Origin: Tubulanus polymorphus
Taxonomy: Eukaryota > Animalia > Nemertea
Assembly (NCBI RefSeq): GCF_964204645.1
Contig: NC_134025.1
Span: 24,532,299 to 24,596,298, forward strand
Direction of reading: 5' to 3'
Length of the DNA: 64,000 bases
Shown here piece after piece: positions 52,169-64,000 of this stretch. The notes under the pieces were generated by a model, which was not told where the DNA came from, searched no databases, and saw only the letters and a program-made list of their open reading frames with translations. Both the position numbers and the translations under genes were made by a program. Within the stretch, counting starts at the first letter, position 1, and each line of letters starts with the position of its first letter.

Positions 52169-54194
52169 TCATGATCTTTCACATTCTTTATTTGAAAATG
52201 TCTGAAAAACTTTGTAGTGATGGTTTAATCCTTTTTGGCAGTGAATCTTGTATCTAGAACCCAACGCACCGTGAGCAACAGAACTGTGGTAGAACACTCG
52301 GTTTATACGAGAATGTGTCAGCGCCATTGAACACCTGTTCAATTAAAGAGGATTAGGGAACGTCAAATACACTGACACAGTGAAATAAAATCTACCAAAT
52401 TATGGAAAGGATAATTTCATCCAAGCAATATCGTCATACAGTTTTCAAAATGCATATGGAATTATTGAGGATTTAGACTAAATGATAGCCCTCATTTCAA
52501 TCATTATCAATAACAACAATGAATAAAACTTAAATTTATGATCTAAATCTTCAGATCTTAACAATCACAAATTTTGACACAACAGAATACAACAGAGCCC
52601 AAAAACTTCAAATTTCGAGTACTATGGCTATAAAGAACTTACATAGCGCATGGTTCCCTAGTTATATAGAGATCATAGCTAGTACAGAGATAAGGTAAAC
52701 TATCATCTTTACTTGAGACATCATAATCAGCACTCAAAGGAGGTCTGTAATGAAGTGGTTTATCTGAAAGCACAAGATAACACATAAAATGCCAATATTT
52801 CTGAACACACACAACAAAAACATTCTTTATTTCAGGTATGTATTTACCTATTGTAATATCATTATAAGCCCCTCCACCTTGAGAACGAGCCACAAGATCA
52901 ATAGCTACCATTGTGCAGTGGTGTAAAATGTTCTCATGTCGTAAGTCAGTAGCAACTGCTATCACTTCATCACACGATGGATCAACCACCACGGCTCCAA
53001 TTCCCTGAACCAGTGAAAATGATAAAATGTTTTGACAAGTTTTGAAGGTTTATAACCTTTGAAGGTTTTTTCAAAGATCAAAAATCAATGTCCATGGGTT
53101 GGATATATCAGGATTGATAATACTAAGTTCAAACAGTCAAAAGAAATTCCAGCAATCAAAAAACATACCAATTGTTTACCTTCAGCATGTTGAGAAACAT
53201 CGATAGCAAGTTGCATATGATTCCCAATTCGTTTCAGCTCCAATTCAGTAAATGATTCACATCGAATGATTTTTTCTAGCCTACGTATAAAATCAATCCG
53301 CACAACAAATCACCACTTTCAATAATTCATAGAAATCTGCAGGACTAAAATTAGCGAATGCTTAATTTCTCAAGGAGACATTTTCGCTTTTCAAATGTTC
53401 TCATACTCACACCTTGTCTTCATGAAAACTAGTCGGCCAATATTTTGAACAGTTTTCAAATTGTGTCCTAGTTATAGGCGGCTTCATTGGGACGTGGACA
53501 ATTTTCAATAAACCCAGTTCAGCAATTATGTCCTTAGCTTTAATCAAGTCATGAATATTCTTAATTTCTCTTGACATCAGTTCAGTTAAACATAACAATA
53601 CATATATTTCTGCAAGACGAAATAAAAATACATACAAAAATATAATTTTATTTCATCATCAACAAATGATGTAACGTCATATAATCGTTTCGAGCCTTAC
53701 CTCCATTTTTACCTTTCTTCACACGTTTCAGATGACCAATTTTCCCCAATGGAAATTCACAACTTAAATACCTACAATTCAGAAAGCAGCATATATGACA
53801 CATGGAATATAGGAGAAGGAACAATCATTCTGTTAACACTTACTTGACAAGTTTTGATAGTGATTTTGCATCATTTACAGTACACGTGTAAGCCTTGGCT
53901 GAAACATAAATTAAGCAAATTCAAGGGTAATTAAATTTAACGATCTTATAGTACATTAATGGTTGAACCAGATACCCAAAATTTTACGAAGACTATGCTG
54001 ATACCTAATTCCACATCTTCCGAAATCTCATCAGCTAGAATGGGCTTAGGTGGCAGCATTAAGGTTACATTATTCTCTGTCGAGGAGGGCAAGTCACTAT
54101 CATCATCGGTACTTCCAATTACTACAGTATGATTACTAGTAGCTGTCAGTGCTGGCATATCGCCCTTCAATTTTTTCAAAGGCGGCCCTGCCAT
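52169..54194 (-). CDS. ADAT3: tRNA adenosine-34 deaminase non-catalytic subunit (ADAT3/Tad3), 8 coding exons
   Basis: [43 protein letters not shown], pseudo-active site [10 protein letters not shown] (Glu replaced by Thr), [49 protein letters not shown]. Confidence 0.92.
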
Positions 54195-54560
54195 GGCATT
54201 TCTGAAAAGAAAAGTGATATAAGCCAGATGGGTAATTCGACCAACAAACAGTAAATAGCGCTTCCAACAGATATAAAACGGAGGGACTTAATTATGAATA
54301 AATTGAACGCAGCTTTAAATATGTTATCTTGTCTCTTTTAAATTGTATGTGTAACTCTTGTAAATTCTATTCGGCTATTCTGTGAAATCTTTTGACGTCT
54401 TTTTCTCTTCCTTTATTGTTTTTAATACTACTTGTAAGTTTTATTGCTAGTTGTTGAATTGAATTAATTGTGGTCCCGGTCGCATCACCTTTTTCTTTTA
54501 CACATTATTGAGTTAAAGGAGGTTTAATTTCAGTTCCCAGGTTAACGCAAGCATTAAACC

Positions 54561-54761
54561 GGTAAAAGTGCAGATCCGCACCTCTCGTGATTGACGCAAT
54601 CTACTGAATGACAGTATCCAGGCTAAATCTTTCTAGTGAAGATATATTAAAATTAACCAACGGCAAAGTATGAATTGCTGATGACATTTTCAATCTGAAA
54701 CGATATTTAATGTAATTGATTGAACCGTTTACGCGGAGAGGTGCAGATCTGCACTTTTACC
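54561..54761. mobile_element. 201-bp MITE, Merlin-like, in the ADAT3 5'-UTR intron
   Basis: TIRs GGTAAAAGTGCAGATCCGCACCTCTC / GAGAGGTGCAGATCTGCACTTTTACC. Perfect 8-bp TSD ATTAAACC (54553-54560 and 54762-54769). GG termini with an 8-bp TSD fit Merlin. Confidence 0.85.
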
Positions 54762-57642
54762 ATTAAACCATTTCTAAAAATATATCAATTACCGTAGCTC
54801 TCGATAACGATCCACTGAAACGGGGAATTGATACAAACACGGATAAAAATGAATAAAATTTGGTTGATTTGAACTAGTGTTGGGTCGTACTATTTAGAGA
54901 CAGATACGGTACAAAGGCAATATTTTTTGGAAAATTGGTTTTCCAAAAAATACTATGCTGGAGATATTCCATAGGATTGAAATTGTCGTTTCTATCCGAA
55001 CGCTATTCTTAGTTCTGACAATTCGATAGTAGAGAATGGGGGGCATAGAATTTTGTCGATCAACGTTTCAGCAATAAAGTTGATGTGCTCGCTCCAGTTC
55101 AGGTGCCCGCGACGTAACTCCTCCATGTTTCTACAGAACGTTTGGAAATATTAATTACTGGGTGATGAATTTTTGACAACTAAATCTGAAGCTTGTTAGA
55201 TTATGGTGAGTATTTAGAATATCGTAAAGTATAGTTCATTTGTTCAAGTTCGACAAGTTTTTAAGAATAAATCAAAAGGCTTTACTGCTACTTGAATGAG
55301 CGAGAATGGGAAGGAATGAGAGTGACAAGTCACCAACAACAAGAAAGAAGTGTCAGTCAGCAGTGAGTCAGTTGGACATGGCACAGAATCAGAAGAGAGT
55401 CAGTAGTTAGTGACTGAGTGACAATCTACCTGACTTCAAACCTAACCCCAACATGGCCATATGTTTCTGCCGCCACTGCCTTTTTCACACATTTGATTCC
55501 TCTAGCCTATAATGAATATCTATTTCTACATTTAAACGAACGTTGTTGGGCACCCTTAAATGTAGCTCATTCGAGTTCGAATTTTCTTCCTTTGTGATTG
55601 ATGTAAAGCCGAGCTGTAGGTCTCAAAATGAACAGAACCACAATGCCAAAAGAAAGTGAAACAAGAATTTACATTGACAGATTATCTACTAAATAGTTCT
55701 TGTGGAAATGATATATGTCTTTATAGAAGAGAAGTGGTTGGCTTGACATCTACATAAACATCCATCAAGGAATCTACAATAAGAACACAGTCAAGGAATC
55801 GCAGTGCAAGTTATGGTGCTTGCAGTCGCCAGCTTTTCATCATATATGCTGACACCTGTTATTTGTTAGTAAATAATCTATTGAAAACAATTACACGACA
55901 TTCTGTATGAAATTACGCGCCAGGAAGATGACGATGCCGGCTCTATTATGGTTTTAGAGGGGCGGCCAACCCATCCATTTTAACATCCACCCCTCAGCCA
56001 CCCCTTATAAAATATCTGCTGCCCATACCGGAGTGGATGTCAATATTCTATCAATGCTGATAATTGCTTTGAAATACATTGGGCTATTATGAAAAATACG
56101 AGATTACACCAAAATTGAGCTCAATTTTCTGTATTTTTGGGGGGATTGAAAGCCTTGCCACTTCAGTAATCACAATGCCACTCGCTGAATGCAGCCCCTT
56201 TAAAATACTACTGTATGAAGAACGCTATTACGTCATTTTGTCAAAATACCGACAATAGTTGTGAGATTCCTTAAGATTATCTTTTAATCTTTCAGTATTG
56301 TGAAAAATGAATTTATAATCAATGTTTTCAGTTCAACTGCCAATCCATTCTGATCATTTTAAGACCTATTTCAGGTAGGCCTTATGTCTCTGAAACTGAC
56401 TGAGCTCGGGCACCCGGCATCAGTTCAAACGTTGAAACAGACATAAGCATCAGTTTCTTTTGAATATTCAGTTTATTGGTAAAACTAGCTCATTTAAGTA
56501 AGACACATTTCTTCTAATTAATGCAATCCTGCTAAAATTTATTAGAAAGTAGATATTTTGCCTATACAGCATTATTCTAGTAAATAATGCTATTTTACTG
56601 CGTATGATCACATAGGCTGTAGTTTAGATTTGTAGTTTACACTAGAAGTTTCAATATGCTTTCACATAAAACCAATTATTTAAATCATTTGAAGGTTTTC
56701 ATCGAATGAACTTCTAATGTTATGAACGTCCAGTTCTTGTTATTTTTTTGTTTGTCAGTAATGTTTGAAGAGTTAGTGAAAACGCCCTTGTCTTTCTCAG
56801 ATTCGCGTAGTCAATCGACGACCGTGATGTAGGCGTTTATTCATTATGCATGAAATCAATTGAATAGTTAATTGCTCTGGTCTTAGTCGTCGGTTGATGA
56901 TTTTTGATTGCTTCTCTGTATCATAGCAGACTGAGTGTCTCCGTTCTCCGCTGCTTAAGCGCTTTCACTAAATTGGGATCAATAAGCATTTTACTTCGAA
57001 TCATCAGAGTTACTCGACTTCTGCGAGTTGTATTCGCTCTACTGAAATCTCTCCGACATCGTTACATCTGAGTACGATGCGTGCATTGCTGGAAAATAAT
57101 TGAATTTGCGTTAAGCGTGTTTTTTTCCGCATAGTAGATGTTATTACTAGGCTGTTGCGCAGAGGGATTATTTGTAGGTACAGTTCTCCAGCTAGTTTAT
57201 TGATTGCGGATTAATTGCACGGTAACAGTAACATCATCTGATGGGTTGTTGGTACTTGGTGTAATGTATTTATGTTTTCACCGTGTTTGCATTAGTCTTA
57301 TACTATGACTCTTTTAGCATACAGATCCCTGGATGAATCGATGGAAATTGTAGGTCAGAAAATCCTGTTCATTAGGATTCATTGATGTTTTTATGTTATT
57401 AATGTACCGATTTGATTTTTATACAAAAGTTATCAGCTAGTTATCAATAAATGGATGCCATATTCGATTACATTACACAGTAAATATACGTAAAGTGTAA
57501 GGTGGCGTTATGTACTGAAGCATCAAGAACTTGAAATTGTGCCATCAATAGTCATCTGATATCTTATCTCTGTATATTGTATTTTCCATAGGCCTTTAGT
57601 GAGATAATGCATACTTGTATGTAACGAAGTACAGAAGGAGAG

Positions 57643-60600
57643 ATGGGAGCCAATGTATCATACCCCGACAAACAGGGCTCGTCTGGTTCGAGAGGGTCCG
57701 GCTATTACGGATTTAACGTCCACGCGAAGGACGGCGCCGAAAACGTCGTCGCCCGAGAAAAGAAAAAGAAAACGTCGAAGTTCGCGACGTTGCGCAAAAA
57801 ACTGAACCGAGTGAGACGTCACAGTCGATCGTACGACCACGCCAAGGCTATCCGCGAATTCACGTCGAATTGGAGCATTCGCGAACTGCACGCGTTAGTC
57901 GAAGAGTACGAGGCGAGTATCGCGTTGAAAGAGTTGACGATTCTATCGAATCTAGCCCGTCCGTCTGCCAATTCGCTTAAACAGGACTTATCGAATTTAT
58001 ACGACTACAAGTTTTGTACCGATCTCGATTTGATATATCGCGGCGCGTGTTTCCCGGTGCACCGGGCGATTTTATCGGCGCGTTGTCCGTATTTCCGACA
58101 TTTGCTGCGGCGTTTTCCAACGTACGGCGCTCAAGTTCCCGTCGACATCAAGACGCATGGCGTCGACGTCAATCTGTTTTCGGCGTTGTTGCGTTATTTG
58201 TACACAGGCGAATTCAACCAGGAAGAGTCGCACTACGAAAATCTCGACATACTCGTGCAAATCGGCGAGGAGTTCGGAACGCCGAATTTACTCGAACACG
58301 ACCTGCGACGATTGCTCGAAACCGGCGAATATTGTGATACCGTGTTGCTTTTCTCGTCCGACGGCGACCACCACCCGGACCCGGTCCTGTCGGACTGTAC
58401 GGACGCGTGCGGCGACGCGTGTAGCCCGCCGCACGTCGGGCGTTTAGAGCTACACTGTCATAAAGCGTTGTTAGCTGCGCGGTCGCCGTTTTTCCGAAGT
58501 CTTCTGATGCGTCGCGCTCGCGCCGGTGAACATATCGCCGAGCACATTCTACGGACGCCTACTCGTATTATCCTCGACGAGTCAGTCATTCCAAGGAAGT
58601 ACGCGAGGGTTTTGTTGAACGCCATTTATTTAGACACCGTGGATTTATCTTGTATCCTGAAAAGCAGCGTAAGCGCGTGTAGCCTGAGCGAGGTGCAAGC
58701 GATGGTGTCCGGCAAGGGGAACATGACTCCGGCTGATGAAGCTATGGAAATCTTCCAAATCGGGCAATTTCTCGATTTCCCAGTATTATCACAAGGTGAG
58801 TTCTTCGATATTAAACGCTACTCGTTTAGAATACCAGATAGTGTCCAAAGGAACCACTTGCAGCGCCACTGGTTGTCATTACTTTATTGATAATGCAAGT
58901 AGACAGGAATACCGGTAGATATGATATATTTTATTGTAGGCCTATACTGGGACCAGTTCTATGGTCATGAGTTCTTCAACCAAAGCTTGCTCAAATTGTC
59001 CATTTCTGAAGTCTTTCTGAGTCCAGTTCCACAATTGCAATATAGAGTTATCTCCATAATTGAAATTAATTTCAAAAAGTCAAACTTTGGATCCTGTCTG
59101 CCGGTCCAATAATCGTTTATCGTGGATTTATCACTTATGGGATCTTTTCCATTTCCCATTAGTGAGGGCCACAGACATTTACCAGCCATGTACCACTTCA
59201 TTCCTCTAGTAAGAAAGTCATTTTAGAAATCTAGGTTGTCAACTATAATATAATATTTATTGAAACATTGATAACATGTATGTAAGAACTGTACAGATTT
59301 TTTCGTTGTAAGCATTATTTTGCCTTGCAAGCAGCATGTCACAGGAGGTTATTTACAATGGCTCGAATTTAATTGATTAATAAAATATTACATAAAAATT
59401 GTATAATAATCATATTTCTATGTACAGTTTATAGCAAGATATGATAAAACAGTAATATTTGGCACAGTACAGAAACTATCGGTATATTTTTTGGCACATA
59501 TGATATGAGACAGACATTTTTGAGCATATTGTTTAGATGAAATTTTCTCATTATTTTCTTTAAAATGGTTGTTGACAAAAGTTGTCAGTAGCATCTAGTT
59601 CAAAGTTTCTTTCACAATCAAGTGAAGCGATTTTGGAAAATTTTCATCTATCCGATTCAAATGCTGAAAATGATGAGTAATTTTTAGAATCAAAAGAATG
59701 AATCGTAATTGCGTCAAGAAGTTATTATTTACGATTCGGTTTTAGTGATTTGGCACCGCGGAATGACCTCAGGCAAAGTTTGACAAGCGCGTAAAAACCT
59801 AGAAATAACACGACTATACTCGCCAATATAACGGTGAAAACATCGAGTAAAAGAATTTGATACCAGGACAAGTTTGAAGCGGGCATACTTAAATGATCGG
59901 AACCGTGTTTCATGACATGTTCGACCCAATAGGCCGCCTCTTCCCTCGGACTGACGCGGCGGTCTTTGAAGATGGCCGAAGCTCGTCGGATGGCTTGTCG
60001 ATTAACGTCGCCATAAACAACCGTTTCAATGTTGCTGTAAAGTTCGTACGAGCTGAATCTTTGTATGTCCATCTTGACGCCGAATTTCTTATGCTCCATT
60101 CGTTCGGCGTTGAACGGCTGTTCAGCTGTCATCGGGAAACCGATCATAGGTACTCCGTGATAGAGGGCTTCGTACTGTCCATTATTACCGCAATGAGTGA
60201 TGAACAGTTTAGTGTTTGGATGTCCGAGTAGATCGTTCTGCGGGATCCACGCTCTAACGAATACGTTATCGGGTAGGGTGACGTTTTCCATGCTGCCGAG
60301 ATGTTTCCAGATAACGCGCTGCCGTAGGTTTTTGAAAGCGTCCGCGATCTTCTGAAGCACGTCGACCGGCATGTGAGAAATGGTCGTACCGAAAGATACG
60401 ATGATGAGTCCGTCGGTGGCGCCATCTGCGAATTCGGCGAGATCATTCGGTAATTTGCGCGCGGGATGCGTAAGTAGGCCACCGACGTAGAACACGTTCG
60501 GCATTTTGATCTTAGGGTAGTCGAGAATGTTATCGAGATCGATGAGCCACATTTTCGACTTGCTCGCCAAATCTTCCAGCGACTCGTACGGTCGTTCAGG

Positions 60601-63600
60601 CGTGTACTTCAAATAGCGTTTGTCGTCGGTGAAGAAGTTGAATATCGTCAGCCCGGTCGCCGTCATCAGCGTGTTTTTGACGCGTTGCAGCAGGTTCATA
60701 TCGTCGTGTAGTTGAGAGTGTCGAATCGGCGCGATCGACGGCAACAGCATGATGTTCGACACGTAGGGCATCGGCACGGCCGTGATACCGCTGTACGGTA
60801 TACGCAACCGATGCGGTATCACGAACAGGCAATTCGTGACCACGGACGCGCCGACGATCGCAAAGTCCACGCGACGATTCGCGATCTCCGCGTACAGGCT
60901 CTGCTTGCTGAGAATGTCGTCGCATTGTCGCTCGGAGAACTGTGTGATGAATTTGATCTTGGCGATCAGCGACGACGTCATGTACGCGTCGGTCGAACGT
61001 TTCCGGAACATCGTATCGTGAAACGGATCGACGGCGTTCGACGATTCGTAGTAGATGAAGCTGATTCCCGATGTCGTGACTATCAGCGGTGGTTTCGTGA
61101 CGGATTTCAGCACCATGTAGACGGTATGACCGTTCTTCACGAGCTGCTCGCCTACGGTCGCCAACTCTAAAATATGACTTGGCACGTTCGGCGGTAGGAG
61201 TAAAATTTTCTTGGCGTCGATGACCGCGTTGATCAACGTCGCCAACAGCGCTAACGAAACAATCAACATGGTACGTCTCGGAGATCTGAAAAAATACGAA
61301 TCGAGAAATTCTCGTTGAATTGATGATGTCAAAGGATGACGGGCAGTTCACGAATTGTGAAGCTTTTCTTCAATTGTCTTTTGTGGAAAAACTGTTTTAA
61401 TCGTTTCACTCTTAAGCGGAAAGGTTGTTTAAAGTTTACTATGATGATGGTAGTTCATTAATCGGTTGATACTCCGCGTGTTCGAGTTCATATTTCGGTG
61501 ATTTTCATATTTCGATGTTATAAATGTGAGCGAGTTAATTATGTATCGTCGAGTCGAGGTTACCGGTAGGTCAGGTAGATGTGAAATTCATTTTTAAACC
61601 AGCGCCGAAATTCGAAATATCCAAGTATATACGCTAAATCAAAACATAGATAGCGGTTTTTTAAACGCGCAGGTGACACAGAGTTCAGGTTTATAGGTGT
61701 AAAGTTGACAGAGGCATGTCCGGTTGGTGTTTTTAATTCAGATATCAGTTATTTTGTCCATATTTCCCATGCAACAATGCATGGATATAATAAGTAACAA
61801 AATAAGCTTTATATTCGGCAGTCGCTTTTAAAGTGAAATTTACGTCATTCGTGCGGGAGCTGTTTTTCAATTAGGCCTATAGTTACTTTTGAAAAGTTAT
61901 TTTTGCACCCCAATTTACTTCTATTCACTCGGCAATCATTTCTATTCTTCTGAATTTGATTGAAGAGCTCATCAGAATGAAGTAATTTCTAAACCGCTTT
62001 TCGAAGCCTTCGTCAATCATAAGTTTGAAGAAAAAATGTCCGTCTGTGTTCGATTTACGTTTAAGAAAAAATCACGGAGAAAAAGTTACGGTAAACTTAT
62101 AATGAATATCTTTAGAAGTCGCGTCTACAACGTAGCTCATAGTTGTTGGCGCTGGTGTAATTTGTGAAAAATATTGATTAGTGATGTTGATTTAATTCAA
62201 TTAGTAAATGTATTGTAGCTGTTCAGCAATTCGTGAATTTATAAATTGCTGGTGGAAAATTTCTAATTAAAAAAAACCTTTTCGAGAAAAAGATTTTTGA
62301 ACCTCGACACTATATTTCGTTCTTCGGAAGAAAACATTGAAAAGAAAAGACTTTTAGAAGAAGTTATCTTAGAATTAATCGTATGGATTTGAAAATAATA
62401 GATTTGATTAATTAAATACATGATGAAATTGTTGATTGATAAAATTCTTTGCGCTCACCTTTAGTCTAGTTAATCACAGTGTTGTATCAAGTAAAAAAGT
62501 TCCCGACGTGTGACATGGAATTAGTTCATTCGATCAATGGTTTCCCGGGTGCAGTTGGAGTCGTTTTATGAAAGGTCTGCGCATGGGGGCGGCCGCGTCG
62601 AGATAGATTCTTGTTTCGTCGTTAAGTTACATTTTTGATCGGGTTCTTGAAAAAGGGAGAAAAAAATTCGCGCTAAATGTGAAAGTTCGCGTTCGTATTC
62701 GGCGAGGTCGGCGGTCGAGAGCTGATTGGGTTAGATTATTTTGCCTTCCATTTTCGTGTCACGCCAAATTAAAAATAGACATTTTCGAGTTGATCGCGTT
62801 CTAGAAATTTTTTTTCAAATCGAACCGCGTTCAAAGATCACGCCCAGGCCTCGCCGTATTGTTTTTATGCGCGCTTAATTTACGGCTTAATTTAATAAAT
62901 CGGACGTACTCGAGTAGAAACAATCACGGAAATTTTCCCGTTCGGGTTCAAATTAATGTTATTAAAAAGAAATCACTTCAGACATTGTGTTAAATGACGT
63001 ACGACCAGTCGTAAAGGTTTTTAAAACGACGAGAACATGCGCCGAGTTCACGCAAGGTTCACTTACATAATTATAGTCTCGGTCGTTGAATAGGACATGT
63101 AATACTTTCATACAATCTAGTTGTTAACGTACAGAAAATATCGGTGTCATAGCGGCCTAATTTCGGCGAAGGAATTCCGCGTATTCACATTTTACTGAGG
63201 GTTTTGTGCAGTTCTCAGGGTTACCGAACCACGCCTGTCGTGCATTAAGGTGACCTCTCTTAAAAAAAAAAACGGCGTTAAAAAGAATCAGCCAGGGTAG
63301 TCGATGTGCTGTAAGCTTTTTAGCTAATTGAAGAGACCGGGATAATGATATCGGATTTTTAATGGTCGTTCATTTGATCGCTGAAGTTCTATAGCCCTAG
63401 AGCCCTAGTTGGCAGTGTTCCAGGGATTAGATGGCCTAATTTTTGTAAAAGAGTGGGCGTACCCTAATATTGATGAAATAATATTATTGAATGATTGTGG
63501 AATGATTTTAAATAAATGTTGTTGGAGATCTTCTTGTGTTATTGCAAATATTAACCCTTTCCAGGTCTGAGCACCATTTGTGAAGTAATGAAGAGCCTCA

Positions 63601-63886
63601 ATACCACCTACATTACAAGTCATCAGAGTTCCTAAATAATTTTATAGCTATTTCACATGTTTTGCCTTTTCTTTCAGGATGTGAAGACATCATTGTCGAC
63701 AATTTGTGCGTTGAAAATCTTCCATCGACCTTAGCTTGGAGCCAGGAACCGCACGGTTCCGACTGGGTGCACAGGCAAACTTTTCATTATTTACGCGAAG
63801 AATTCACGCAGGTAGCTCATTCCCAGATGCTCCAAGAGCTTAGTAAAGAATATCTGATCGCAGCCATCCAGTCGGACTATCTACAA
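57643..63886 (+). CDS. BTBD7: BTB/POZ domain-containing protein 7, partial (coding exons 57643-58795 and 63678-63886; continues past window)
   Basis: Myristoylation-type start MGANVS; KKKKTSKFATLRKKL; two BTB domains (CFPVHRAILSARCPYF, LHCHKALLAARSPFF); spliced SQG|CEDIIV...WSQEPHGSDWVHRQ...SDYLQ BACK-domain exon. Confidence 0.93.
59725..61269 (-). CDS. UDP-glucuronosyl/glycosyltransferase (GT1 family, animal membrane type), intronless CDS of 514 aa, nested antisense in a BTBD7 intron
   Basis: Signal peptide MLIVSLALLATLINAVIDA, catalytic His in PSHILE, UGT signature WIPQNDLLGHPNTKLFITHCGNNGQYEALYHGVPMIGFPMTAEQ, AAYWVEHV, C-terminal TM helix and basic tail. A splice acceptor TTTTTTCAG lies just upstream of the ATG. 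Confidence 0.95.
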   Translation of the reverse strand: MLIVSLALLATLINAVIDAKKILLLPPNVPSHILELATVGEQLVKNGHTVYMVLKSVTKPPLIVTTSGISFIYYESSNAVDPFHDTMFRKRSTDAYMTSSLIAKIKFITQFSERQCDDILSKQSLYAEIANRRVDFAIVGASVVTNCLFVIPHRLRIPYSGITAVPMPYVSNIMLLPSIAPIRHSQLHDDMNLLQRVKNTLMTATGLTIFNFFTDDKRYLKYTPERPYESLEDLASKSKMWLIDLDNILDYPKIKMPNVFYVGGLLTHPARKLPNDLAEFADGATDGLIIVSFGTTISHMPVDVLQKIADAFKNLRQRVIWKHLGSMENVTLPDNVFVRAWIPQNDLLGHPNTKLFITHCGNNGQYEALYHGVPMIGFPMTAEQPFNAERMEHKKFGVKMDIQRFSSYELYSNIETVVYGDVNRQAIRRASAIFKDRRVSPREEAAYWVEHVMKHGSDHLSMPASNLSWYQILLLDVFTVILASIVVLFLGFYALVKLCLRSFRGAKSLKPNRK

Positions 63887-64000
63887 GTAAGTAGTTGGTC
63901 GTATGCAAAGACATTGAACCTCTTCATTGTTCCATAAGGACTCAAATTTGGGGCAACAGCCCATGTGTTAAGTATCTTGAGAATCCGAACAATATCTAAA

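Noticed and set aside
59725-61269. Horizontal transfer of a bacterial glycosyltransferase
   Set aside because: Signal peptide and C-terminal TM helix are animal-type, and the neighbouring host BTBD7 exon has the same CpG-rich composition.
57658-61351. Overlapping alternative-frame and antisense ORFs (up to 251 aa) on BTBD7 and UGT
   Set aside because: Expected shadows of GC-rich coding sequence; no recognisable domains.

Overview
AT-rich genomic DNA from an animal with short introns (mostly about 60-100 nt). It is probably an invertebrate with a compact genome; the species cannot be determined from the sequence. Eight protein-coding genes were reconstructed by eye from spliced exons. In order: RalGAP-alpha (-, 3' end runs off the left edge after a U12-type intron), ArfGAP2/3 (+, head-to-head with RalGAP-alpha), CCT2 (-), two tandem mARC/MOSC paralogues (-), ADAT3 (-), BTBD7 (+, runs off the right edge), and a UDP-glycosyltransferase with an intronless CDS nested antisense in a BTBD7 intron. 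One CCT2 intron holds two paralogous C/D-box snoRNAs whose guide matches LSU rRNA. A 5.2-kb non-autonomous DNA transposon lies about 70 bp upstream of one mARC start codon. It has Sola2-like ends, a 60-bp minisatellite, ~580-bp internal inverted repeats and CAG expansions. Several MITEs, a SINE head and a LINE 3' end are also present. The most interesting leads are: (i) an operon-like or shared-first-exon arrangement of ADAT3 and mARC; (ii) the snoRNA pair plus a candidate poison exon in CCT2; (iii) a >8.5-kb U12 intron with candidate alternative terminal exons; (iv) a transposon-borne array of metal-response-element cores at an mARC promoter. Exon boundaries were read manually and may be off by a few nt.
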